Source: Candidatus Saccharimonadota bacterium (GTDB lineage: Bacteria > Patescibacteriota > Patescibacteriia > 2-12-FULL-60-25). From it: a stretch of DNA of 32,000 nt. Both the position numbers and the translations under genes were made by a program. The DNA lies in the NCBI GenBank assembly GCA_023898425.1, contig CP060222.1, positions 30,001 to 62,000 of the forward strand, read 5' to 3'. Numbering within the stretch: position 1 is the first letter of the stretch; each line of letters opens with the position of its first letter. Below the pieces are notes generated by a model. It was given only the letters and a program-made list of their open reading frames with translations, searched no databases and was not told where the DNA came from. This document shows positions 1-8,848 of the stretch, one piece after another.

Positions 1-40
1 AAAGTTCTCTCGCCTACATTTGGTATCGTTTTTCCAGAAT

Positions 41-70
41 AAAAAACATCCGCCATTGGCGGATGTTTTT
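41..70 (+). terminator. Rho-independent terminator-like hairpin, probably closing a + strand gene that ends at the window edge (in-frame TAA at 40-42)
   Basis: Stem acatccgcc (46-54) / ggcggatgt (58-66). An A-run precedes it and T5 follows. Confidence 0.6.
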
Positions 71-194
71 ACGAATGCTTTAAACGAATTTTGTAAGTAT
101 GCTTTTGTGTTCAATAACAGCATGATACTATCTTGATATGTACCTAGGAGTAATCATATTAGCGTCTGTGACGTAAATAGTAAAACAAAGCATC

Positions 195-1739
195 ATGTCA
201 TTTAAAAACCCATTTACCGGAAGTGAAAAACCTTCTGCTCCAAAAGCACCAGAAGAGAGAAAACGCCCAAAAAGCAAAATAAAAAATCTTGCAAAAACGG
301 TAGGCTTCATAGCCGGCATGACAGCTGCTTCTCAAGGAGCTTATGCGCAGGCTCCCAGTAGGGCTGTTGACGAGGTTACAGAAGACGCCTCGGCTCAGCA
401 AGAAAGAAGAGGTGATTCTAGAGTGCTAAGAGCAAGCTCTTTTGAAGAGTATTCTGATCTTACAACTGCCCTTAGAGCTGAAGCTTCGACCTATCTCGGC
501 GAACATGTAGCTCCAGAGGTAAATATTGAAATGAATGGCCTTGTCCCTGTGGCAGTGAGTAATGGTTTTGATCGATATCGTTCTGTCGCGGAGAATAATT
601 GGAGGCTTACCGCATTAAGTCTGCCTTCTGAAGAGGAAAATAGAGCACCTTTGTTGAATTTTTTGAATACAGGAGCGTTGCCTACTTTTATTGAATCGGG
701 TCAGTCTCATCAAGTTGATGGGTCTGATAGACCAAGTCTAAATTTAGGGGAGATAAATCTTTATATCACGGAAGGTATCAACGAAGAGAGGGAGGTAACA
801 CCATCAGGCACGACACTTACGGAACGATATCAGATGACAATTTCAGCAATAGACCCTAATATCGAACTTCTTGCAGAAAACGCAACTAGGTCTTCAATAA
901 GAAACATTTCGGTAGGAGTTGGTTTTAGTGAAGCACAAGCCCTCGATACAGCTATTCGAAATTACATAAAACAGTTTTGCAGACGTATCTATAGTGCGAC
1001 TCCGCGTACGGTTGGATCCGTACAATACAACGAGGGTGATATGGCTCGGGAGTTAAGTATTTCGCATGAAAGCATCCAAACGGCGATCCTTGATTTACGG
1101 GTTGTAGATATTTCACACGATGCTCAATACGGTACATATACAGTGTTTATCTCTGCAATTAATGGCCAGTTAGATCTATCAAATACAGCTATGCAGATCT
1201 CAGAAGGTGTAAGCGCTGAAGATTATCAACAAAGGCAACTAAGGTTAGGTAATCTTGTGAGACAACGATCCGCGCAGCCACAAGTGAGTAATATTCTTTT
1301 AGATGACCCTTTTCATTCTACAGATATATATAGTCCAGAATATACAAATCGTTTTAATACGGGGATTACAGAAACTAGATCGCTACGTGAAGGTCTACAA
1401 GCGCGCAATCCTCGCGCTCCCATAATTGAAGAACCTGTTTTAGCGCAAGAAAGAACGAATATGGGGTTGCGTTTAGCGATACTACCTCAGAATGCTCGAA
1501 TCGAGACGGATGATAATGAGGGTATCATTAACCTGGAAGGTATGAATGAAGAAGAGCGCACAAGAGCTCTGACGGTAAACTCTGCTAGAGATCTTAGTGC
1601 AGAGCGCAGAGAAAGAATTGCAGCAGCGCAAAGATCTCTTTCTGTTCACCGAAGCCGCTCTAGCGCAAACGCTACACCATCACGTGCAGGTTGGGTGCGT
1701 CGTTTAGACCAAGTACTACGTGGACAGTTTCGATTCTAA
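195..1739 (+). CDS. Hypothetical secreted or membrane-anchored protein (514 aa)
   Basis: Long uninterrupted ORF. The basic N-terminus is followed by the hydrophobic segment TVGFIAGMTAASQGAYAQA (an AYA-QA-like cleavage context). I recognise no family motif. Confidence 0.7.
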   Translation: MSFKNPFTGSEKPSAPKAPEERKRPKSKIKNLAKTVGFIAGMTAASQGAYAQAPSRAVDEVTEDASAQQERRGDSRVLRASSFEEYSDLTTALRAEASTYLGEHVAPEVNIEMNGLVPVAVSNGFDRYRSVAENNWRLTALSLPSEEENRAPLLNFLNTGALPTFIESGQSHQVDGSDRPSLNLGEINLYITEGINEEREVTPSGTTLTERYQMTISAIDPNIELLAENATRSSIRNISVGVGFSEAQALDTAIRNYIKQFCRRIYSATPRTVGSVQYNEGDMARELSISHESIQTAILDLRVVDISHDAQYGTYTVFISAINGQLDLSNTAMQISEGVSAEDYQQRQLRLGNLVRQRSAQPQVSNILLDDPFHSTDIYSPEYTNRFNTGITETRSLREGLQARNPRAPIIEEPVLAQERTNMGLRLAILPQNARIETDDNEGIINLEGMNEEERTRALTVNSARDLSAERRERIAAAQRSLSVHRSRSSANATPSRAGWVRRLDQVLRGQFRF

Positions 1740-1750
1740 TCGAATTTAAT

Positions 1751-1780
1751 AATATACCCCCACATGTGTGGGGGTATATT
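1751..1780. terminator. Bidirectional terminator between convergent genes
   Basis: Perfect 14-bp arms, aatatacccccaca / tgtgggggtatatt, around tg, followed by atttttatt. Confidence 0.75.
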
Positions 1781-1800
1781 ATTTTTATTGATTGCGGGGT

Positions 1801-2394
1801 TTAAGCTGTTTTTGTAATCACCTTATCAACGAGTCCGTAGGCAACAGCTTCTTTGGCTTCCATGAAGTTATCGCGTTCGGTGTCTTGTTCGATTTTTTTC
1901 ATTGGTTGGCCGGTATGTTTTACGAGAATCTTATTAAGTTGATCGCGCGTTTTTAAAATACGTTCTGCATGAATCTTGATATCAGATGCTTGGCCTTGTG
2001 CGCCACCGAGTACTTGGTGAATCATGACTTCTGCATTTGGAAGCGCGAAGCGCTTGCCTTTAGCACCTCCTGCAAGAAGGACAGCCCCCATTGATGCAGC
2101 CATACCGATACAAATAGTTTGCACGTCTGGTTTTACATGTTGCATGGCGTCGTAAATTGCGAGACCTGCTGTTACTGAGCCACCAGGGGAGTTGATATAG
2201 ATTTTAATATCTTTCTCACTATCTTGGCTTTCGAGAAAGAGAAGTTGAGCGACTACGGCATTAGCGACATCATCATCGATACCAGTACCTAAGAAAATAA
2301 TACGATCTTTTAATAGACGTGAGTAGATATCATACGCACGCTCACCGGCATGGGTTTTTTCGATAACTGTTGGAATCAAGAAATTGTTCGGCAT
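1801..2394 (-). CDS. clpP: ATP-dependent Clp protease proteolytic subunit
   Basis: 197 aa. Carries [30 protein letters not shown], the GMAASMGA serine motif and MIHQ. Confidence 0.97.
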   Translation of the reverse strand: MPNNFLIPTVIEKTHAGERAYDIYSRLLKDRIIFLGTGIDDDVANAVVAQLLFLESQDSEKDIKIYINSPGGSVTAGLAIYDAMQHVKPDVQTICIGMAASMGAVLLAGGAKGKRFALPNAEVMIHQVLGGAQGQASDIKIHAERILKTRDQLNKILVKHTGQPMKKIEQDTERDNFMEAKEAVAYGLVDKVITKTA

Positions 2395-2403
2395 ATGGGG
2401 GAT

Positions 2404-2432
2404 AGGATACCTTGAGCTAGATTAGCAGTCAA
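2404..2432 (-). promoter_or_regulatory. Sigma70-like promoter for clpP, giving a near-leaderless mRNA
   Basis: On the minus strand: TTGACT-N17-TATCCT, then 9 nt to the ATG. No SD. Confidence 0.5.
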
Positions 2433-2433
2433 A

Positions 2434-3420
2434 TCAGGAGAGTGCTAGTTTAATACGTTCTAAAACATGGGGTTCACCATCTGATGTGAGAGCGAAGGGT
2501 TCCTCGATAATAAAGCCCGCCGCCTTTTTATGTCCTCCACCACCAAATTGTTGGCAAATAACGCTTACATCGCGTTCTAGGCTGCGAAATGACCCTTTTA
2601 CGTGACTATTAGGCAGCTCACGCAAGACTAAAACAGTATCCGCGTCTGAACAGGAGGCATTAAGAAAGTTCGAAATACCATCAAGCGCTTCTTGGCCATT
2701 TTTTGTATCTGTTAAATCCGCATTTGTTGCATAGGTGTATACAAGCTTTTGCTCAGGAAGAAAGCGTAGGCGACCGAGAATCGTCCCCCATAAACGAAAT
2801 GATTCGGGGTCTTTATTCATGGTAATACGACGAATGATTTCGTGGCTACGAGCGCCTTGCTTGCAAAGATCTGCAGCGGCGCGCATACCGGTTTCATTTG
2901 TGCCTGAATTATGAAATGTCGATGTATCCGTCATTACACCCAAGAGGAGCGAGGTAGCAATTTGTGAGTCTATTTCTAGCTCATGGTTCGTGAACCATGT
3001 ATGGATTACTTCGCAGGTTGAGCAGGCTTGTTTATCTACAAGGTTAATCGTGCCAAAATCTGCATTGGTGGCGTGATGATCAATATTGGCAATAATGGCT
3101 TTGTTCGGAAGAAGTTTTAGATGTTCTTCGATACCGATATGCTGCAAGTCACCTCCATCAACGGTAATGATGAGATCCCATGGCTCACGAAAGATGTCAG
3201 GGTCGGTGATTTGTTCGTCGAGGTGATCGATAAACGAAAAAACCTCGGGCGCTGGTGTTATGCAAAAAAGCTTGGTCTCTTTGCCGAGCTTGCGCATTAG
3301 CCTATAGAGAGCGGTAGAAGATCCGATGCTATCACCGTCAGGACGCCCGTCACCAACAATAAGAATGCGCTTGGCAATATCGACAGCGTTCTTAAGGGCA
3401 TGAGACGTTCTTTCGGCCAT
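2434..3420 (-). CDS. nrnA: DHH/DHHA1 phosphoesterase (NrnA-like oligoribonuclease/pAp phosphatase)
   Basis: 328 aa. Carries DGDSIGS, NIDHHATN (DHH) and the GGGH motif of DHHA1. Confidence 0.85.
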   Translation of the reverse strand: MAERTSHALKNAVDIAKRILIVGDGRPDGDSIGSSTALYRLMRKLGKETKLFCITPAPEVFSFIDHLDEQITDPDIFREPWDLIITVDGGDLQHIGIEEHLKLLPNKAIIANIDHHATNADFGTINLVDKQACSTCEVIHTWFTNHELEIDSQIATSLLLGVMTDTSTFHNSGTNETGMRAAADLCKQGARSHEIIRRITMNKDPESFRLWGTILGRLRFLPEQKLVYTYATNADLTDTKNGQEALDGISNFLNASCSDADTVLVLRELPNSHVKGSFRSLERDVSVICQQFGGGGHKKAAGFIIEEPFALTSDGEPHVLERIKLALS

Positions 3421-3511
3421 AATGAATAGATTAACTTAGGGTTTATTGGCTAAAAGGTCAATGATTGCAAAATATTATAAACTATGATAGGCAAGGTATC
3501 GGAGGTGACAC

Positions 3512-4219
3512 ATGAGTTCAGTTCGTGACATGTTTCGTAAGCTAGGGGAGACCATGCGTCCCTCGCTCATTCCTACGGTTCCTTTGGCAGTATGTGAGCG
3601 TTATGGCGATTTGCCGGTTGTTGTATTGATCTCGGGCTATTATTACGGAAGACCGTTAATGCGTCCGATGGCCAACCGGTTCAAGCGAGCTGGGTATCAG
3701 GTGGATTATATGACGGATGCTTTGTACGAAAAATGTTCTTTTGAAGAGCAGCAGCGTCGACTTGTAGATGCGGTTCGTACAAGAATGCCCGTAAAAGAAG
3801 ACCAGCAGCCCGACCTCATTATCATTGGGCATGCCGTTGGGGGTCTGCACGCATACAGGCTTGCAACAACCCTTCTCAAGCATAACTTTTACCGTAAGCA
3901 TATTACGGTGATTGCCCTTGGAGCGCCATTTCAGCGTAAGCAACCTAGGTTCTTTCAGGATCAATATCTGAGAGCGGGTATTGCTTTGCGAGGAGCGGCT
4001 TCACTACTGCTACCGAGAGAGCCGATTTACTATTCGCCTCATACGCGTTTGAAAAGCTATACGATAGCTGCTAGACACGATGAGGTTGTACCTCGACGTA
4101 TTACGATGTTACCAGATCGTTGGTCGCACTATGTGCTTGATACCAACCACGCTGGTTTGATCTTTCGCAAAGATGTTTTTAAAAAAGTTCTGGAGTTAAC
4201 AGAACAGAGACTGCTATAA
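3512..4219 (+). CDS. Alpha/beta-hydrolase-fold (lipase/esterase-like) protein with Ala at the nucleophile-elbow position
   Basis: 235 aa. The elbow reads IIIGHAVGG where G-H-S-x-G-G is expected (GCC codon at 3833-3835). A strong SD, GGAGGTG, lies 5 nt upstream of the ATG. Confidence 0.7.
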   Translation: MSSVRDMFRKLGETMRPSLIPTVPLAVCERYGDLPVVVLISGYYYGRPLMRPMANRFKRAGYQVDYMTDALYEKCSFEEQQRRLVDAVRTRMPVKEDQQPDLIIIGHAVGGLHAYRLATTLLKHNFYRKHITVIALGAPFQRKQPRFFQDQYLRAGIALRGAASLLLPREPIYYSPHTRLKSYTIAARHDEVVPRRITMLPDRWSHYVLDTNHAGLIFRKDVFKKVLELTEQRLL

Positions 4220-4247
4220 GAGGCGGCAACCACCTGGTTGCCGCCTC
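4220..4247. terminator. Bidirectional terminator hairpin
   Basis: gaggcggcaacc / ggttgccgcctc (12 bp) with loop acct, followed by tctttcttt. Confidence 0.75.
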
Positions 4248-4254
4248 TCTTTCT

Positions 4255-4602
4255 TTAGAGTTCACCTTTTTGTTTTAACTCGAAAAGTGTTCGTTCAATC
4301 CCTTCTGCTACAGCCTCGGTTTCGTCAAAACCATAATGAAGCCTTGGGATGCGACGCAAACGCGCACGTTCTGAAAGACCTTGTTTAATATCGGCTTCTC
4401 GCTCTTTTAAGATGGTGAGTACCGCGTCTTTCATCCCTTCAGGAAAAACGGAGAGTATGAATTTTGCATGTCCGGTATTTGCGGTGACCTTGGCGCTTAA
4501 AACCGTGATAAATGTGCCAACGGGTAATTCAATATCGCGACTGAGGACTTCAGCCATGGCTTCGCGGATATGTTCAAATCCTGCTTCGACACGTAATGAC
4601 AT
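4255..4602 (-). CDS. rbfA: Ribosome-binding factor A
   Basis: 115 aa. Has an RbfA-like layout, including the C-terminal RRIPRLHYGFDETEAVAEGIERTLFEL. Confidence 0.8.
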   Translation of the reverse strand: MSLRVEAGFEHIREAMAEVLSRDIELPVGTFITVLSAKVTANTGHAKFILSVFPEGMKDAVLTILKEREADIKQGLSERARLRRIPRLHYGFDETEAVAEGIERTLFELKQKGEL

Positions 4603-4689
4603 AGGATATGGTTTTATCTTTACCTATTTTGATAAAATCGTCCAGTTACTGGATCAAAATGGGATTCAAGGCTAGTATACAGACAATCT

Positions 4690-6930
4690 ATGTCATTAAA
4701 GCGCATTGAAATACAGGGGTTTAAAACCTTTGCTCAAAAGACCACGGTGGAGTTTCGTCCGGATGCGGGTGGGCAGCGTACGGTTACGGCCGTGGTTGGG
4801 CCTAATGGCTCGGGTAAATCCAATATTGCCGACGCTATTCGTTGGGTGATGGGGGAGCAAAGCATGCGTCTTTTGCGTGGCAAAAAGTCTGAAGATGTGA
4901 TTTTTAGTGGTACCGAAAAACGTTCACGCTCAGGATTTGCCGAGGTGACCATGGTTCTAGATAATGCTGATCCAGAAAAAACCGGTATTGGCACCGAAGA
5001 AATTCAGGTAACGCGCCGCCTTTACCGTGACGGTCAAAGCGAATATGAGGTAAATAAGCAATCGGCACGTTTGTCGGATGTTGCTCTTCTTTTGGCTCAA
5101 GCTGGCATTGGTCAGCGTACCTATAGTGTGATCGGCCAAGGTATGATTGATCAGGTTTTGGTCGCGAGCCCAATGGAGCGTCGTGAATTTTTTTTTGATG
5201 AGGCTTTTGGTTTAAAGCCTTTTCAGATGAAGCGTACTCAAGCCATGAATAAGATGGATGATTCACGTAAAAATATTGGTCAGATTGAACTCATGATGAA
5301 TGAGCTTGGACCACGTCTCACCCTTTTAGAAAAACAAGTAAAGCGTTTAGCCGAACGTGAAAAGATCGAAGAAGAGCTACATGCTCTCGAAAAGGCTTAT
5401 TATGGTCACGAGTGGCGCAATCTTGATGTCAGTATCAAGACCATGATGGCAAAGTTACAGTTTGCAAAACAAGAAGAGACGACGCTCGAAACGCAGGCGC
5501 AAGCGCTAGAGGCAAAGCTTGCTGAGATGGGAAAAAACAACACCGCAAGCAGAAGGATTTCGCGAGCGACGTGCTGTGATCGATCAACTTCGTGAACAAC
5601 GCGCCTTTTTCGTGAACAAGAGTTAAAGTTAGAAACCAAACGAGCGGTTGCAGAGGTGCGCGCAGAAAAGCCTTGGGTGCCATTACCACTCACCAAGATT
5701 ATTGAACAAGTAGAATCGTTTAAAAGCCGTCACGAAACGCTCAAAGAATTACTATCAAAAGAAACGCCTGATTTAGAAGCATTACGTAAACAGGTCAGCG
5801 GTCTATTAACAGACACTCAAGAATTAGTAAGTAAGTTACAGCGTCCAGCGCCTGAGCCAGAAAAAGCTGCAGTTATTGATACGTCGATAGAAGAAGAATG
5901 GGAAACGATTCAAACACAAAAACCGCTTTGGATGCGAAGATCAAAGAAGCAGAGCAGCAACTTGAAGCATGGCAAAAAAGAAGAAGACGGTAAGCGCTCG
6001 CATATTTTTGATACGCAACGCGCTTTAACAAAACTTCGTCATGATGCGCAAAGTGCAGAGCGACGGGGGGAGTGAAGCGAGTATTGAACTTGCACGTCTT
6101 GAGACACGTCGCGAAGGTGTCCTCGTAGATGTTCGTCTACATGCACCTCATCTTGAAGAAGAGCTTTTACGTGATGAATTTTTCAGGGTGATACACCAAG
6201 TGATACCCCAACAAAAATGCAGAGATTGCGTTCACAACTCGAATGGATTGGGGGTATTGATCCAGAGACCATCAAAGAATACGAAGAAACAAAAAAACGT
6301 TCAGACGAACTCGAGGTTCAATTAACGGATATTCGCGAAGGGTTGCAGGCACTTGAGACTGTTGTGGCTGAATTAGATACAACGATCAACGAACGCGCCA
6401 AACATGCCTTTGAACGATTAAATAAAGAATTTGCTCGTTACTTTAAAACGTTATTTGGTGGTGGCGAAGCACAAATTATCGAGCTTCAACCAGAAGTTAA
6501 AAAAGCAAACGAAGAAGATGAGGATGAAGATTATGAGGAGGCTCAAGACGATGAGCAAAAGAAAGAAGAGCGAAAAGGTATTGATATTATGGTCACGCCT
6601 CCAGGCAAGCGCTTCAAGTCCATTAGCCTTTTATCTGGCGGTGAACGTGCTTTAACATCTATAGCGCTCATCTGTGCCATTATGGCAACGAACCCATCGC
6701 CGTTTGTTGTGCTTGATGAAGTAGACGCGGCACTTGATGAAACCAACTCGCGTAAATTTGCTGAGATTGTTGCGTCACTCGCAGACAAGACACAATTTAT
6801 TGTCGTCACACATAACCGCGCAACCATGGCCAAAGCATCACTTCTCTACGGTGTAACTATGGGTGACGATGGAGTATCGCAATTGCTTTCGGTGAGTTTA
6901 GAAGAGGTTGAGAAGATGAGGAATAACTAA
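4690..6930 (+). pseudogene. smc: SMC-family chromosome segregation ATPase, interrupted by multiple frameshifts
   Basis: N-terminal head: IEIQGFKTF, GPNGSGKSN, DAIRWVMGEQS. C-terminal head: LSGGERALTSIAL, VLDEVDAALD. The coding path switches frame 1-2-1-3-1-2-1 at homopolymers A6 5532-5537, T5 5606-5610, A5 5927-5931, A6 5983-5988, G6 6065-6070 and T5 6179-6183. Confidence 0.85.
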
Positions 6931-6941
6931 CAGTAGAAATA

Positions 6942-6971
6942 AAAACACCCCCACAAGCGTGGGGGTGTTTT
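6942..6971. terminator. Bidirectional terminator between smc and rpsP
   Basis: aaaacacccccac / gtgggggtgtttt (13 bp) with loop aagc. Confidence 0.8.
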
Positions 6972-6992
6972 AACGTAACCGTACGAAGGGGT

Positions 6993-7304
6993 TTAAGCCT
7001 TCTTTTTCTTATCGAGCTTTTCGCGGCGGCGTTTTGAAACGCTTTGCTTTTTGCGCTTATCGCCATCAACAATTTTTTTGTCGACGAGGATATTCCAAAC
7101 GGTGTCGGATGTTTGAGCGCCTTTTGAGATCCAGTATTTTACGCGATCTTCGTCGAGAGTAGCGACAGAAGGGGTAACGAGCGTATTGTAGGAGCCAAGA
7201 ATCTCAAGAGCTTTGCCCCAAGGATCACGTGCTTTTTCTGAAACGATGAAGCGGTAGAGTGGTTGCTTCTTTTTACCGATACGGGTGAGACGAATGGTCA
7301 ACAT
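6993..7304 (-). CDS. rpsP: 30S ribosomal protein bS16 with a Lys/Arg-rich C-terminal tail
   Basis: MLTIRLTRIGKKKQPLYRFIVSEKARDPWGKALEILGSYN. 103 aa. Confidence 0.95.
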   Translation of the reverse strand: MLTIRLTRIGKKKQPLYRFIVSEKARDPWGKALEILGSYNTLVTPSVATLDEDRVKYWISKGAQTSDTVWNILVDKKIVDGDKRKKQSVSKRRREKLDKKKKA

Positions 7305-7423
7305 GGTAATAGGTTTAGTGGATAGATTGAGCGATGAGACGGGCTACTTGGAGGTCAAAGGATCGCAAGCCTTTGAATCCGTATGAGGATCTTCGCCAGA
7401 AGGTGTCCTCAAGAGCATGGCAA

Positions 7424-7452
7424 GATAATAGTAAAAACCATGGTTTTCGTCA
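7424..7452 (-). promoter_or_regulatory. Sigma70-like promoter for rpsP
   Basis: On the minus strand: TTGACG-N17-TATTAT. This implies a structured leader of about 110 nt (hairpins at about 7358-7377 and 7384-7411). Confidence 0.6.
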
Positions 7453-7475
7453 ACTATGGCACAGAATCATCCCCG

Positions 7476-7554
7476 GCCCTTTCTTTGTTTAAAGAAGGGG
7501 AGCGACCGACCTTTTGCCGCTTTAGACCTCCCTCTTCTTTAAATAAAGAAGAGG
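7476..7554. repeat. Two related palindromes between the divergent rpsP and KH promoters
   Basis: H1 at 7476-7499: ccctttcttt gttt aaagaagggg (10 bp including one G-U wobble). H2 at 7529-7554: ccctcttcttta aa taaagaagaggg (12-bp arms). They share the core CTTCTTT...AAAGAAG. Confidence 0.6.
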
Positions 7555-7578
7555 GAATGAGGGAGTTGATTTGGGGTG

Positions 7579-7607
7579 GTTGCCTTTGTGGTGGTCGCTT
7601 GCTAATA
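7579..7607 (+). promoter_or_regulatory. Sigma70-like promoter for the KH-domain gene
   Basis: TTGCCT-N17-TAATAT. The downstream SD-like AAGGGGA lies 6 nt before the ATG. Confidence 0.6.
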
Positions 7608-7637
7608 TTTTGTTAACCCCGGCTAAGGGGACAATAT

Positions 7638-8027
7638 ATGAATATGGCAGAAAACCACACAGACCAACAGTTTCTAGAGTTCGTTGTTAAGTCTCTTGTA
7701 AATCATCCAGAGGATGTAAAAACAACACGTGAGATCGATGATCGCGGTGTAAAAATCACCCTTCACGTTAATCCAGAGGATATGGGCTATATCATTGGCC
7801 GCCAAGGTCAAACAGCTCGTGCATTGCGTATCTTGCTTAAGATCGTAGGCGCTAAGGCAGATGAGCGCGTTAGCATGGTTATCTACGAACCAGACGATAT
7901 GCGTCGCCAACACCAAGAACGCAAAGGTGATGGCATGGGCATGTCCGATGAGATGCCAAGCAAAGTCCGTGTTCACGGTGACTCCGGTCTCGTCACAGAC
8001 TCCGATCTCGAAGATCTCGGAATCTAG
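7638..8027 (+). CDS. KH-domain RNA-binding protein (YlqC/UPF0109-like) with an acidic C-terminal extension of about 50 aa
   Basis: FLEFVVKSLVNHPEDVKT..GYIIGRQGQTARALRILLKIVG. It sits in the usual rpsP-neighbour position. Confidence 0.85.
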   Translation: MNMAENHTDQQFLEFVVKSLVNHPEDVKTTREIDDRGVKITLHVNPEDMGYIIGRQGQTARALRILLKIVGAKADERVSMVIYEPDDMRRQHQERKGDGMGMSDEMPSKVRVHGDSGLVTDSDLEDLGI

Positions 8028-8028
8028 T

Positions 8029-8054
8029 AAAAACCGCCTAAGGGCGGTTTTTTA
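8029..8054 (+). terminator. Rho-independent terminator after the KH gene
   Basis: aaaaaccgcc taag ggcggtttttt. Confidence 0.8.
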
Positions 8055-8120
8055 ATTGCGACGAACTCGCGTCATGACGAAAGTAGTATTTCGTTATAGA
8101 ATGTAGATTAACGAACTACT

Positions 8121-8813
8121 ATGAATACACCAAATAAACAACTGATGGGCATCGCTCTAATTATGGCGCCTTTTATCTTGGGTGGGATTGTTGGCGCTTC
8201 AGCGGTTGCGTGGTATGCACATCGGCTGCCTGCGAAGATCACCACCATAACGCCCCCACAAAACCCCGTTCAACTTGAGATGAATGTGCCAGAAGCTCAG
8301 CCAGCAGGAAATATCCTATTTGGATATGGGCTAGCATCACTTGAAGATCCTTTGCGTGAGTATATTTTCGATGTGATTGCTACTTCTACGGATGTCATAC
8401 ATCGGTCCGTAAAAGCATCTACAGCAGCAGAGCCGCCGAAAGTCTTGCTTGATAATGAAGGGCAGCTCTTACACGTGAGCGTTGGTAAGCCATTCACCTT
8501 AGACGGTGGCTGTGGTGGTATGTCTACTAAGAGTCAGTATACGGTCAATGAGGTTTCTCTTGATGAGTATGGTCATTGGTCAATGACATTAACGAATCAG
8601 TTGATTATGACGTCGCGTCTGGATGACACGGGTAAAGTAAAAGAAGATAGAGGGCCATTTCCTGTAAATAAACGTGTCTTAGAAGAATCTTCGTTTAACG
8701 AACTTCACAATTCTTCTTATGATCCGGTTATCTATGAATCAAACGGGGTCTATGAGCCGATTTACGTCTCACCAAAAGAAATATTCTTTCATTTCACCGG
8801 AACGAGCTGTTAG
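8121..8813 (+). CDS. Hypothetical N-terminally membrane-anchored protein (230 aa)
   Basis: The ORF has a TM segment, MGIALIMAPFILGGIVGASAVAWYA. It occupies the slot where rimM is normally found but shows no RimM/PRC-barrel-like sequence. Confidence 0.65.
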   Translation: MNTPNKQLMGIALIMAPFILGGIVGASAVAWYAHRLPAKITTITPPQNPVQLEMNVPEAQPAGNILFGYGLASLEDPLREYIFDVIATSTDVIHRSVKASTAAEPPKVLLDNEGQLLHVSVGKPFTLDGGCGGMSTKSQYTVNEVSLDEYGHWSMTLTNQLIMTSRLDDTGKVKEDRGPFPVNKRVLEESSFNELHNSSYDPVIYESNGVYEPIYVSPKEIFFHFTGTSC

Positions 8814-8848
8814 GTTGCCATATTTACTAAAACAGGTACCCTGCCAGC

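Noticed and set aside
5589-5619. A direct repeat, ttcgtgaacaa, present twice 20 nt apart inside smc, considered as a programmed frameshift or slippage signal.
   Set aside because: I see no slippery heptamer and no downstream pseudoknot. It is more simply a coincidence of repeated REQ codons in a coiled coil, next to one of the homopolymer indels.
1751-6971. A shared CCCCCAC/GTGGGGG core in two terminators (1751-1780 and 6942-6971), plus a copy at about 8253, considered as a possible DNA-uptake-like signal.
   Set aside because: There are only about five occurrences of the 7-mer on both strands in 32 kb, roughly what chance predicts. The other terminators use unrelated stems. This would need genome-wide counts.
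7383-7616. A 77-aa ORF in the rpsP/KH intergenic region.
   Set aside because: It runs across two promoters and two palindromes, its sequence is dictated by the hairpin arms, and it has no SD or leaderless promoter. It is better explained as a regulatory spacer.
7305-7637. SRP RNA, RNase P RNA or tmRNA in the long spacers (also 25857-26128).
   Set aside because: I found no GGUCCGGAAGGAAGCAGC-like SRP helix 8 core, no GGAAAGUCCGG RNase P CR-I and no tRNA-like 3' end. The only tRNA-like T-arm in the window belongs to tRNA-Glu.
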